From assembly GCF_035084215.1 (NCBI RefSeq), contig NC_090332.1, positions 36,022,001 to 36,086,000 of the forward strand: a stretch of 64,000 bases of DNA. Direction: 5' to 3'. The translations under genes and the position numbers were made by a program. Below are positions 25,561-38,419 of this stretch, piece by piece. The notes under the pieces are model-generated. The model was not told the DNA's origin. It did no database searches and saw only the letters and a list, made by a program, of their open reading frames with translations. The DNA comes from Heptranchias perlo (lineage: Eukaryota). Numbering within the stretch: position 1 is the first letter of the stretch; each line of letters opens with the position of its first letter.

Positions 25561-26785
25561 CTAATAGCTGATGGAAATTTTCTGATGAAACGATTTCCAA
25601 TACTGGGAAATGCCAACCAAAACCGTGGATATTCTTCTGTCTTTGAATATTTTTAATTGTCTAACTCACAAATAAATTCCAGTAGGAACGTCTGTGGAAG
25701 AAAGTAACATTCTACAAGACTGCTGCATTGAAGCCTCGATTTTCTATCTTTTAAATTCAGATTGAGAGACAGGTGTTTTGTCACCAGCACTGTTGGTCTG
25801 CCTTTATAAACAGAATCTCTGCCTGTCACAAAATGTACTGGTAACATAAATTTCCTGACTTCAATTACATTATTACTTCTTAATAAAGCATTTGAGGGGT
25901 AAACGTCTAGTCTTCAAAACCTGCATGTATTATCAGCACCAGCATCCTTGTTCTGTTGGTACAATTTCATTCCTGTTTACTTGAAACAATATTAGAATAT
26001 TTGAACAGTTATAATCTACTTTACCAAATATCTTTGTTAAGATCCAGCAAATAAATGATATATATTGGGGTTATAATGCATCTGGAGTTTAGTCTAGCAG
26101 GTAAGTACATTCAAATCCAATGCTTTCATTATCTGGAATGTCACAAGAGATGGATATGAAAATCCATTGTTTCTAACCTTCTGTCTATTTTTCTTTCTGT
26201 CTCTCTCTCTCTTGCTCTCTGACATGCTACATTGGTTTATTGTTGCATTTAAAAGAATTAATCCAAGTAAATTCTTTAAATAATCCAATCCTTCTGGTTT
26301 TCTTTCTCCTTAACAAGTAAAGCACATCAGCTGTTGAAGATAATTTCATACGATGAATCTTTATTCTTTTTACATCCCATTTTCAGGCTTCATGCATTAG
26401 TGATAGTTGTATAGAGCCAAACAGTAAGAAAATGCCAAATAATCCCAGCTGTCATATGAGTCCACCAGAATTTTGGGGGGAATTACATATGTTTGCAGAG
26501 CCAAAATCATCAACAATTGACCAGAAGAAGAGTTACTGAAAAATATATGTAGGCCCAAGACACGAATGTTGGTCTTGAACCTCACATAACAATAGACAGT
26601 TATAAATGTTGATTCCATTTTGTTTATTATGTAGATGTAAGTTATCTGTATTTTTACTTACATTAGGAAAAACAAATCATTTGGCAGCTACATCATGTAG
26701 CCCTGAAAGTCTAGCAGTAAACCCTAAAGGTTTGCCGGATTAAATAGCACACTTAACTGACCTTAGCACCTTGCCTAAATTCATT

Positions 26786-27520
26786 GGGGGTTAAATTGGG
26801 CTGTTGTAGCTCCTGTTTTTCAGGCGCTAGGCAGCCTCCTAAGGCCTCAAAATTGCGAGCAGGAACCATGAGCATACTACCAACCAGAAGTGCACAACCT
26901 GCCTTATTGGGTAAGGATAAAAAAGAGGCGTCCTTTACCCACGCCTGAAGCAGGCGTTAGATCATTAGCGTATGTAAATAAGGGGCTTAGTGCCTGCTTT
27001 AGGTCCCTGCTGTAACATTGGTTTGCCCTGAGGCAGCCAGTGCCAGCACTGGTTACCTCGGGGATAACCAACCTTAAACATCACAAAAGTAAAGAAAAGG
27101 TAAGTACTTACCATCATCATCCTGATCGTCGCCAGTCCCAGTCCGGTCCCAAGATCCCTGACCTCTGATCTCTAGGCCCTGGCCTTGACCTTCGATCTCC
27201 CTTCCCCCGGTTCCAACCTCCAGACCGCCCTGATCTCCCTCCCAAACCAGACCTCCGGGCCCCCCAACCCTTGATCTCTCCCTTCTGACCACACAATCAC
27301 TCCTCTGAAGCCCCCGATCCTGCCTTCAGTCCCCCAATGTCAACTCGACCCCTGATCCCGAGCTGAAGTACCTAATCCCTCCTGCAGTGCCGTCTTCATG
27401 ATGATGAGTTCCGAAGTCCAATATCCGGGACTCCTCGCACCTCATCATTTGTGCGTAGGGGATGAGCGTTGCACTGGGGTGGGGTGCGCCCGAAAGTGGA
27501 CGCTCCTGACTTTAATCCCC
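26786..27520. mobile_element. Harbinger MITE with exact ATT target duplication
   Basis: ATT|GGGGGTTAAATTGGG...GACTTTAATCCCC|ATT; the left end is the reverse complement of the 22206 end of the autonomous copy; internal C-rich degenerate tandem repeat. Confidence 0.85.
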
Positions 27521-28419
27521 ATTGAGTTATTTGTCAATTCTAAGCCAGGTCACTAGATATAACACAGTGTGACAACAGAGCACATAATCTCAGGGAGAAG
27601 CAAAAAAACCTGTCAGGATGAGTCATGGAAAATCGTAACCCCTGCTGGCCACTCATTTATCAGTTATGGGATCCACAGAGACATTCATTGTCTAGATTGT
27701 CCCACTACCTAGATTGAAAGAAAGAAATGTGCTATCAGGAGGCAACAATGAGGGAACCTAAAAAAGACAGGCAAATCTAAATAGTTAAAACTTAATAAAT
27801 TATAATATAGTATGAAAACCTTTGCTTCCAGCCATATTCTGGTTTAATGCTGTTTTTTTTGATAAAACACATTCATTTCATGTTTCTCCACATCTTCAGT
27901 ACTTGTTATTGGGTTCCATCACCATCCCACATTTCTCTAGAAGTAGCATTTACAATTTTCAAACAAAGAAAAGGTAATCATCACCATATCCCTGAGACAC
28001 AAAGAAAAACTTTCATTTTCCAATTAAAATGTACTTTCTCCCCATCAACAGAAGAACATAAAAGTCTGCAGTGAGAAAAGGCCATTCGGCTCATCAAGCC
28101 CACTCATTCCGACAATCCTGGATTACATGATTATTGCAATCATGCATGCACCCACCCATTCCCCACCCAAGATTTCTACACTCTCTTCCCAACTTGCTGG
28201 CTAGTCTAATTGCAGACTGCCCCTGGATAAATCGTATAAGTTTAAAATGTTTACTTGTTAAAGGTTGAAACAGCGAGCATGTCTAATGTCATATTTTCTG
28301 AATTCTGAGAATTATAAATGTTTTTCTTAAAACCCAGCATTAAAAATGTCATTATCCTTAAGTAGAAACACGAAAGGTGTACACAATGGATGATTTTCCA
28401 TTAATAAAGGGAGAAAAAT

Positions 28420-28830
28420 GGAAAAAGGTTTGGGAGTAATTATTCACCATTCATTAAAAGCAATATAAGGCAGAAATTAACAAGATTAAGTATGATATCT
28501 CAAGCACATAGGTCATAACCAGTTACTCTGAGGCCACATTTGGAATATTGGGACAATATTTCCTCAGCATACTATGTGTAATTAAATCATAACTTTCTTT
28601 GCAAAGAACAGACTTACAATTTTGTAATGCATAATACACAAAAGAAAATCTTCCATTATGTGCAGTTTTGTGCACCCTTAAAACAATAGAGACAGTTCAG
28701 AGAAGAGCAACAAGAATGATTCAAAAGCTTAAAACTTCTTTAGGAAGACAAATTGGAGAACTGAATTTGTTTTCATTGGTGAAAAGGCAATTGAGCGGAT
28801 GGCACGATTCAAATCTTCACAATGCTAAAA
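28420..28830 (+). mobile_element. Highly decayed CR1 fragment
   Basis: IETVQRRATRMI...LNLFSLVKRQL in ORF 28668-28907. Confidence 0.6.
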
Positions 28831-29119
28831 ATTTCAAAGGCCAACTTTGGACAGCAACCCCTCTTGCTCACTGTCTATTGCTTCCACTGAACCATCAAGG
28901 CTGCTGAGAGCTAACATTGATTGCCCGAACATTATGCTTGGGTGTCCAGAAACAGAAGTACTGCAGGAGAGACAGCTCTGTCCAGAAGGCCAAGACATTG
29001 CGAAATAAAAGTTTTAAAAGTTGATTTTTTAAAATGTAATTTGGGAAGGAGTTGGAGGAATTATTGAAAAAAAGGCCATTTTGGGGTCTTATCCTCTTGT
29101 AGTCATTGGTGTATTAATT

Positions 29120-30722
29120 ATCATAGAATTATAGAAAGGATACAGCACGGAAGGAGGCCATTCAGCTCATCAAATCCACGTGGGCTCCATGCAAGAGCAA
29201 TCCAGCTAGTCCCACTCCCCCGCCCTATCCCTGAAGCACTACATATTTTTTACTTTCAAGTACTTATGCAGTTCCCTTTTGAAGGCCATGATTGAATCTG
29301 CCTCCATCACCCCCTCATGCAGTGCATTCCAGATCCTAAACACTCGCTGTGTAAAAAAGTTTTTCCTCATGTCACCTTTGGTTCTTTTGCCAATCACCTT
29401 AAATCTATGTCCTCTGATCCTTGACCCTTTCATCGACGGGAACAGTTTCTCTCTTTCTACCCTGTCTAGACCCTTCATGATTGTGAATACCTCTATCAAA
29501 TCTCCTCTCAACCTTCTCTGTTCCAAGGAGAACAACCCCAGCGTCTCCAGCCCATCAATGTAGCTAAAGTCCCTCATCCCTGGAATCATTCTAGTAAGTC
29601 TCTTTTGCACCTTCTCTAAGGCCTTCACATCTTTCCCAAAGTGCAGTGCCCAGAACTGGACACATTACTCCAGTTGTGGCTGAACCAGTGTTTTATAAAG
29701 GTTCATCATGACTTCCTTACTTTTGTACTCTATGCATCTATTTATAAAGCCCAGGATCCCGTATACTTTTTTAACTGCTTTCTCAACCTGCCCTGCCACT
29801 TTCAATGATTTGTGCATATATACCCCCAGATCTCTCTGTTCCTGTACCCCTTTTAGAATTGTACTCTCTAGTTTATATTGCCTCTCCTCGTCCTTCCTAC
29901 CGAAATGTATCACTTCGCATTTTTCTGCGTTAAATTTTATCTACCACGTGTCCGTCCATGCCATCAGCCTGTCCATATCCTCTTGAAGTCTATCACTATC
30001 CTCCTCACTGTTCACTACCCTTCCAAATTTTGTGTCATCTGCAAATTTTGAAATTGTGCCCTGTATACCCAAGTCCAAGTCATTAACATATATCAAGAAA
30101 AGCAGTGGTACCAGCACTGACCTCTGGGGAACACTACTGTATACCTCCCTCCAGTCCGAAAAAAGACCGTTTACCGCTACACTCTTTGTTTCCTGTCCCT
30201 TAGCCAATTCTGTATCCATGTTGCTACTGCCTCCTTTATTCCATGGGCCACAATCTTGATGACAAGCCTACCATGCAGTACTTTATCAAGTCTTTTTGAA
30301 AGTCCATATATACCACATCAACGCCATTGCCCTCATCTACCCTCTCTGTTACCTCATCAAAAAACGCTATCAGGTTAGTTAAACACGATTTGCCTTTAAC
30401 AAATCCGTGTTGGCTTTCCCTAATCAATCCACACTCATCCAAGTGACTGTTAATTCTGTCCCGGATTATCATTTCTAAAAGTTTCCCCATCACCAAGGTT
30501 AAACTGACTGGCCTATAGTTGCTGGGTTTATCCTTACACCCTTTTTTTGAACAAGGGTATAACATTTACAATTCTCCAGTCCTCTGGCACCACCCCCATA
30601 TCTAAGAATGTTTGGAAGATTATGGCCAGTACCTCCTCAATTTCCACCCTTACTTCCCTCAGCAACCATCCCACCCGAACCATGTGGCTTATCTACTTTA
30701 AGAACAGCTAGCCTTTCTAGTA
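29120..30722 (-). mobile_element. CR1 LINE, 5'-truncated (RT to 3' tail)
   Basis: NYRPVSLT, QHGFVKGKSCLTNL, FADDTK and LEQRRLRGDL in minus-strand ORFs; (TTCTATRA) tail at about 29120-29137. Confidence 0.95.
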
Positions 30723-31829
30723 CACAACACAATTTCCACAACAAGTTCTACCATGTGTATTGTAAATATGTTCAGTGTATAATTTATACTGAAAGTAAAT
30801 TTTAAAAGTAGCCATTACAAATTTGGATCTGCCATCGATCCTCTCTCGGGTTCATTGGCACCAGTTGCTCCCATAAACAGTCTGAGTCTGAGTGTCTTAC
30901 ATTTATGGCCATTGACTCACACTGCCCTATATCTACTTGTATGATAGTGGGACCTGGTGGTGGGGGAATGGGGCTGAAACAATCGTGCAGCCTTGTGAGT
31001 TAAACTGGATATTCATATCTTTCGCCCACATATTTCCTCACTCTCTGAAGGAAGACCAAGCAAACACTTGGTGAGATGAAGCTTGATACGAATTGTTAAA
31101 CTGCTTTATTTCACATCAGATGAACATACCGAGCAAAGTTATGGCTGGATTCCGTATTTCAATCAATTAACTTGTCTTTGCATAATAACATAACGGATAT
31201 GCTATGCTGCCCCCACATCATCCTATTAACTTAAACAGAATAACCCCTCTGCATTCTGTCCTATAACTCAGGCTGCACCCTCTGCTCCCTGCAGTCTCCT
31301 GTCTTTTTATGAGTCAGCTTTTTGCTGCCTGACTAACTGCATAGCATCCTGTTTTAAAAAGCCTCTCTCTCAGCCTATGTTCCAGCCTCTACCTTCTATC
31401 TCATTTTACAGACAGACAGAGGGCTTTCATATACAAAGGACATGAGAAGCTTTTTGATTATCCAGAAAAGCTAATAAATTGCTTGTTGTTTAGTCTCTAA
31501 ATGAATGGAAGAAAAATAGGATAGGTTCTTTTACAAGCATGCACTCTGACCCGCCCTATTATCCGATATTCATTTTGGTCAGATGATCCTGTGTGCTTGG
31601 GTGCAAACCCATGAAAATCTCTCCTATTCTGTGTGGAACTAAGATGGTTGTACCAGCTCCTGCAGTCAGGGAAAATTAGTACTTGGGAAAAACATACTTG
31701 CATCAAACTTAGCTCTATAAAAGTTGTATAAATGTTATTTCATTAAAAATACCCTCTTCATTTGTATCATTTTCATCAAGCAAAATTCTATTCAATAATA
31801 TGAACATTTCAAGAATATCTGTCTTGACG

Positions 31830-32183
31830 ATTAAACAGTGATGGAAGCATATGCTTCAATGCTCTCTCTGCCTTCCGGATGTTTCTGCCTCTCTCTGTGT
31901 TTTTTTTTCTCTGTTTTTTTTTCCCTGTTTGTTTTTTTATTGAATGTGTATTCGGAGGTTCTGCAGGTAACACCTCTCTGTCTGAACACGGTGATTGCCT
32001 TGGCAACGGGCAGTTGCAGGGGCAGTCTGTAAACACCATTTATTATTGTTCAATATGTATAAATGCGTAGGCTTCAAGGAGATCTTGAAACATTTGCCTG
32101 AGGAAGGAGAAAATCTCCGAAAGCTTGTGAATTTAAAATAAAATTGCTGGACTATAACTTGGTGTTGTAAAATTGTTTTCAAT
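31830..32183 (+). mobile_element. Penelope-like element terminal repeat (solo pseudo-LTR)
   Basis: Pyrimidine tract, GC-rich block, TATAAA at about 32058, then a hammerhead motif and AATAAA, the layout expected of a PLE pLTR; left boundary uncertain. Confidence 0.6.
32092..32132 (+). ncRNA. Minimal type I hammerhead ribozyme motif
   Basis: AUUUGC-CUGAGGA-A-GGAGA(AAA)UCUCC-GAAA-GC-UU-GUGAAU: catalytic boxes CUGAnGA and GAAA, 5-bp stem II, 6-bp stem I with two G-U pairs, palindromic AAGCUU in place of stem III. Confidence 0.7.
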
Positions 32184-32884
32184 TAAAAGCAACGGAGAGG
32201 AATCTGTGCTCAAAAGATGCTCAAAGCATCGCAGCCAAGTCCCAGGTAGAGACTAATCGTCAGTGTCTACTACACTTTATATGTGAGTACCTGATTTATA
32301 GCATGTCAATTCGTTCTCATTTGCAGTCTGACATGAATACATTAGGTCTCATAGTCCAAGGGAGAGCAACCTCTGGTTCATAGTTAATGCTCCTCATGTT
32401 TCACTAAAAGAACGCCTTAAGGCAAGGTAATTTTGTGTTGGAATTGAGATATTTACACAAAATGACAAATGCATCCTGCATTTAGTAAGCGGGTCTGATA
32501 TTTGCCTTTGGCCTGAATGCTGATGCAATGTCCTATTGCGTAGATGAAACTCATTTATTCTGAGTAGCCGCATTCGGGATTTTGCACTACATGATTGAAT
32601 ATAGTTAACTTTGCATTTCTGAGATTAATGTATAGCATAAATATTTTCCTCCATCATTCAGAGATTGGGGCCATAATAATTTTGCTCCATTGCAGGCTTG
32701 AGAGTGCTAAACATATTTAATTCCATGTAACACAATTGTTGCACAATTAATAAAAATTATATACTTATAATTAATCATGAATCAAATGCCCGAGAGAACG
32801 TCTAATCAAATGTGATAATTTCTAACTCATTCTTCATTTTTATTATGAGCTTCTTTTTGGAGAGTCAGGTTAGATAACAATTAT

Positions 32885-32985
32885 GGGAATAGTTGTTGAC
32901 TTTGTGCGATAATGTAAAACTTGTGATAATGAGTTGGCAGCCCGTTGTACATCTCTCCTGATTTTTATTTCCATTGACTTCAATG
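32885..32985 (+). mobile_element. Short Harbinger-type mini-element
   Basis: Matches the 3701 and 15745 copies (tgtaaaac...gcagcccgttgtacatctctcctgatttttatttccattgacttc). Confidence 0.55.
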
Positions 32986-34124
32986 AAAGGAGGTAGATGG
33001 TTCTAACTGTGTGGTGCTTCGTCGGGATGCCAGGATGACAATGTAGGATGTCTATCCGTAACCTTGCGTTGGCAAGATGCTGTTGACCTCGTCATCTCCC
33101 ATGGCAAGAGTTGAGTGTCACCCCACGAGCTCCATGGCCCAATGTCCTCAAAGGAGGTACTTAAGGCTGGTGTTCCCCCCTCCAGTGCCCTGTCTGTGAT
33201 GGGAATTGTCTGCCAATTTGTCCTGCAAGAAGGTAGAGCGAAGGAGGTTAAGACTAGCAGTTGAGGAATATGTGCCAAGTGCATGGGGTAGGTGAAGTAA
33301 GAGATTTGGGGGTACGAGGCTGCTAAAGTGGAGAAAGAGGTTTTAGGATTGTGGACATAAATAATTGCTGTGAGGGGAGCTGGGCAGCTATAGTGAAGAT
33401 ACCATGTTGGAGCCCCGCTTAACCAGTGAGCATTGGCATCCAGCGCTAAAACCTGAACACAAAAGTGCAAAATGCTTATTTGTTATAACTCCTCACAAGT
33501 TGTGTGGAATTCTCTGCAAGTCCATTAAAATCATCCCTCCCAGTGACCCTGCTAGTGCCACTAAGGTTGCTCTGGGGCTCTCTTTGATTTATCCAGTGTT
33601 GGATTGTTATTGGAAATAAACAAGGCATCAAGAGCTTGGCTGAACAAACTGTGAGTGACTCTTAGTTTGTGAGGTGTGGTCCTGGGTGATGATACTGATA
33701 AGTATAAAGTTTATAAAATATGTTCTCAGGGTCAAGATGTCCTTTACTCTTCATGAGAGAAGGGACACCTGATATCGTGTTGGCCACAATCTTCAATCAG
33801 AAGAAAAGAGATAGAATGGATCAAAGTATTTTCGCCCAAGGGATTATACTCTCAGGACATGTGTCCTCATTTCATTTACTGATTAATGTGTCTTTGATAC
33901 AGTTACTTCTCTGTTTCTTTGTAATATTAGAGGTTTGTCATGTTTTCCATACTAAAGGGAAACTAAACAATTCAAACAAGGAAGGTCAATGGGTTCCATA
34001 GTGGCACATAGAATGAAGTTCCAAACACTGCAGTATAACGTGGTAGGATTTAGATTCACACCCACATAAGCTAAGTTTCCAATTTCAGTCATGCTATCAG
34101 TGAGGTGCTAGGCAGAGGCCAGTG

Positions 34125-35690
34125 GCATGATTTTTAGATGGAGCCAGGAAGAGCAGGAAGAGAGTGGGGGGGAGGGGGGGGGCGGAGGTGGGGGAGATTT
34201 TCGGGCTCAAAACCTGGAAGTAAAATTCACGGGTTGGAATGTGCAATCGCGACCTAATTGAATGATTACAATTTTACTTCCAGGTTTCCCGTGCGACGGA
34301 CAGCCAGATTGGCAGGCTGGGTGCCTGTCGGGTGGGAAAGCTAGCAACTGGGGAACGAATGCCAGGTAAGTCTGACATCGCGAGGCTGGGGGGCGGGGGT
34401 CGGTCAACGAATGGGGGTTCGGGCATCATGGAGGCTGGGGACATCGGGGGGCTGTGGACATCGGATGCTGGAGACATCGGAGGCTGTGGACATTGGAGGT
34501 TGTGGACATCGGAGGCTGTGGACATCGGAGGAGGGCAATGGACATCAGACGATGGAGACATCGGGGGAGGTGTGGACATCAGAGGCTGTGGACATCGGAG
34601 GAGGGCTGTAGACATTGGAGGCTGTAGACATTGGAGGCTGTGGACATTGGAGGCTGTGGTCATCGGGGGAGGGCTGTGGACATCGGACGCTGGAGACATC
34701 GGGGGGGAGTTGTGGACATCGGAGGCTGTGGACATTGGAGGAGGGCTGTGGACATCGGAGGCTGGAGACATTGGAGGAGGCATGTGGACGTCGGAGGCTG
34801 TGGACATCGGAGGAGGGTTGTGGACATCGGAGGCTGGAGACATTGGAGGAAGGTTGTGGACGTCGGAGGCTGTGGACATCGGAGGAGGGCTGTGGACATC
34901 GGAGGCTGGAGACATTGGAGGAAGGTTGTGGACGTCGGAGGCTGTGGACATCGGAGGAGGGTTGTGGACATCGGATGCTGGAGACATCGGGGGGGGGTTG
35001 TGGACATCGGATGCTGGAGACATCGGAGGCTGTGGTCATTGGAGGTTGTGGACATCGGAGGAGGGATGTAGACATCGGAGGCTGTGGACATTGGAGGAGG
35101 GCTGTAGACGTCGGAGGCTGTGGACATCGGAGGAGGGATGTGGACATCGGAGGCTGGAGACATCGGGGGGGGCTGTGGACATCGGAGGCTGTGGACATCG
35201 GAGGCTGGAGACATTGGAGGAGGGCTGTGGACATCGGAGGCTGGAGACATCGGGGGGGCTGTGGACATCGGAGGCTGTGGACATTGGAGGAGGGCTGTGG
35301 ACATCGGAGGCTGGAGACATCGGGGGGGCTGTGGACATCGGAGGCTGTGGACATCGGAGGCTGGAGACATTGGAGGAAGGCTTGAGACACCAGGAAGGTC
35401 AGAGACATCGGGAGGGTTGGAGACATCGCGGGGAGGGTTGGGCATCGGGGGGGGGGTCTAGGTCATCGGGACGGGTCTGACATCGGGGGGGAGGGGTGAC
35501 CGGCCGTTGGTGGGGGACCGATCACGGCAGGCAAGCTTGTTGGGCCCGAAGGAAATACTCCTGCTCCTCCTGGCCCACAAGCAGTGCAATAAAGGGACTT
35601 AACAAATGAACTGGCCCTTCTTGCCTCCTTTTACCTGGCGAGATTCATGAGCCCCAGGAAAGGTGTTCTGGAGGCGTTAAATTTAAATAG
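34125..35690 (+). mobile_element. Harbinger-type MITE with an expanded internal minisatellite
   Basis: Starts GGCATGATT like the 55870 element and shares CTCCTGCTCCTCCTGGCCCACAAGCAGTGCAATAAAGG with it; right end unclear. Confidence 0.7.
34430..35430 (+). repeat. G-rich minisatellite, core GGAGGCTGTGGACATC (16 bp) with 19-20 bp variants
   Basis: Dozens of copies of ggaggctg(t/g)(g/a)gacat(c/t) and ggaggagggctgtggacatc; gives repetitive ORFs in most frames. Confidence 0.95.
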
Positions 35691-36015
35691 TAATCCCTGC
35701 TCTCTCACATCTTTCATTGACAGGTTTTATAGGGGCATTGACAGTGGTCAGGCAGCAGTACTCCTGTCCATCATGTTAATCAGGATGGTGTGTGGTGCAG
35801 GGAGATGTGAGAAGAAGAGAACATACCTTAACATGAGAACTGTCGCCAAAAATTAGAAACAGAGCTAACTGAACCGTAAACATCAACGTTCTCAAATAAC
35901 AACTTTAATCTTTATAAGAGCATTGGATGGACATAAACCACTTTCCATGAAACCTAGATAATGTGAGGGAGAGTGGGTCACAACTGAAAACTGGTCTTTC
36001 CTGCTACCTGCGCTT

Positions 36016-36476
36016 GTCAGCTTGGCTCATTAGTTAATATTCTCATCTCTGGGTCAGAAGATTGTGGGTTCAAGTTCTGCAACAGGGCCTGAGCTCATAA
36101 TCTAAGCTGACACTCCAGTGCAGTACTGAGTGGGTGCTGCATTATTAAGAGGTGCTGTCTTTTCAGATGAAACTTTAAACTAAGGCTCTTGTCTACTTGT
36201 TCCAGTGATTCAGGTTAAAGATTCCACTATTTGAAGAACAGAGAGTTATCTTGGTGTCGCTGCCAACATTTCTCTCTCAACAACCACCACTAAAATTTGA
36301 TTAAATGGTCACTCATTCATCAAATTACTCTTTGTGGACTATTACTGATGCAGAATGGCTGACAAATTTGCCTACCTAATAATGGTCACCACAGTCCAAT
36401 TGTAATTCACTCCATGAAGGTCTTCCAGATAATTTAAGAATATGATAAGTTGCTATAAAAATGCAAAATTCTTTCT
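36016..36476 (+). mobile_element. Deu-domain tRNA-derived SINE, older copy
   Basis: gtcagcttggctcattag (A box-like), gggttcaagttc (B box), gctgacactccagtgcagtactgag core, gctataaaaatgcaaaattctttc tail. Confidence 0.8.
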
Positions 36477-37069
36477 CTATCTATTCCACCACCTCTAATC
36501 CCCAGGCTATCTACTGCCTACTTACAGGCATCATTTATGTATAATTTACAAGAATTGTGATCCTATAAAAGAAGTAACCAATTGAAACTACTTTGACTTG
36601 AGATGTCTGCTTTAAAGAGCTGGAATTGTCACTGTCCAGGAATCCTACAGATTGGGTTTGTGTTGGGGTTGGTTCTCTCATTAGCTTATGAAAACCAGTC
36701 ATGTTAATTATATTCACTAGGTTTTACATACATTGAGCTGAATAGAAATGCTCCCTCTATTGTTAAACAGACCATGTATATGACATTTAGCTGAGTGAAG
36801 ATTATCATCTCATTACAAGAATCCTGGGGAATGTTCACATGGCTTGAAATTATGATGTAATATACATAGAACATGAGCACCGAGCAAGGCCGTGTAACTT
36901 GCAGATGAGGCAAAAAGTAAAAAATATATAATTTCTACATTCCATTGATTTCCTAATTAAGCAGGATTGTTGTTAAGAAAGAAAGTTGAACATGGAGCAG
37001 TGAAAATTCAAAACATTAGATGTGAATACAAAACAGGAAATACAGCTTTGTATTCCTGTCCACCCTCCC

Positions 37070-37205
37070 CTGGCCATTTATCTCTGCTGCTTTTGGGACT
37101 TTGCTGCGTGTAAATTGTCTGCCGTATTTGCCTACACAACAACTGTGAGAATACTTCAAAAATAACTCATTGGCTGTGATGTGCTTTGGGATGTCCTGAG
37201 GCACT
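37070..37205 (+). mobile_element. Deu-domain SINE 3' fragment
   Basis: tgggactttgctgcgtgtaaattg...cattggctgtgatgtgctttgggatgtcctgag matches the other copies. Confidence 0.7.
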
Positions 37206-37346
37206 ACAAAACCCAGATTTTTCTAGGCTACGTTTTCAGAGGTGAGAATTTTCTATTTGTCACATTAATGAACATCAACATCAGGGAATAAGAAATGTTT
37301 CCACTTGTTGGACTTATTGTCAGCATCAATATCTTCAAGATCAGAT

Positions 37347-37810
37347 ATGATTCCAGGGATGATGGAGTTCAGTTACGTGCATAGGCTGGAGAAGTTGTTC
37401 TCCTTAGAGCAGAGAAGGTCGCGAGGAGATTTGATAGAGGTGTTCAAAATCATGAAGGGCCTGGACAGAGTAGATAGAGAGAAACTGTTCCCATTGGCGG
37501 AGGGGTCAAGAACCAGAGGACATAGATTTAAGGTGATTGGCAAAAGAACCAAAGCGACACGATGAAAAGCTTTTTTACACAGCGAGTGGTTGGGATCTGG
37601 AATGCACTGCCCGAGGGGGTGGTGGAGGCAGATTCAATCATGGCCTTCAAAAGGGAATTGGATAAGTACTTGAAAGGATAAAAAATTGCAGGGTTTCGGG
37701 GATAGGACGGGAGGGTGGGACTAGCTGGATTGCTCTTGCAGAGAGCCGGCATGGACTCGACAGGCCGAATGGCCTCTTTCCGTGCTGTAACCATTCTATG
37801 ATTCTATGAT
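37347..37810 (+). mobile_element. CR1 LINE 3' end
   Basis: FSLEQRRSRGDLIEVFKIMKGLDRVDREKLFPL; ATTCTATGATTCTATGAT tail. Confidence 0.95.
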
Positions 37811-38159
37811 ATACCTGAGGTCAGAAGTACACCGTAGGCCACATCCACCATAGGCTGCATCAATCTGATATTTTGGTTTTCTACTGTGGCAAAGACTGTC
37901 TGCCATTTTAAAGGAACAAGCACTTCTCCTTTGTGGGATTCAATTTTATGGATGTGTACTAAAGTTGTAGCATAACTCCGCCTGATCTGACTCCAGAGAG
38001 AAGTAGTGTGTGACCCTTGGAGAAGGCACCCTCACATCTGGCAAGGGAGTCCACTAAACTCCCTACACATTTTTTAAACTCGGGAAGACAGATGTGAAAT
38101 TGCCTGAGATTGGTAGCTGAAGTATATGGTAATTGTCGGGGTAGGTATAGAGCTATAAA

Positions 38160-38410
38160 ACCATAGAAGTTTACAGCACAGAAAGAGGCCATGCAGCCCA
38201 TCATTTCTGAATCCAAAACTAATCCCACTGCCTTGCTCTAACCTTTAGCCTTGTAATTTTTAAAATTTTAAATATTTCTCCAATTTTCCTTTAAAAACTG
38301 CAATGAGAACCTGCCTCAACCATTCCCTGTGGCAAATCATTGCTCCAAAAAACCCTTTGAGTAAATAAATTCTCCTAACCTCTCTCCTCACCCACTTAGT
38401 GACAATTTTA
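38160..38410 (-). mobile_element. Decayed CR1 3' end
   Basis: catagaagtttacagcacagaaagaggccat is the reverse complement of the CR1 3' terminus. Confidence 0.65.
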
Positions 38411-38419
38411 GTCCGCCAT

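Noticed and set aside
33003-33650. 155-aa minus-strand ORF
   Set aside because: Looks like a decayed Harbinger Myb-gene intron/exon remnant with no coherent protein.
34430-35430. Regular short repeats as a possible CRISPR array
   Set aside because: There are no unique spacers, the context is eukaryotic, and no cas genes are present.
34274-35480. Long ORFs (249-382 aa) on both strands resembling mucin or extensin proteins
   Set aside because: They are translations of a stop-poor minisatellite, open in nearly all frames, with no splice or codon evidence.
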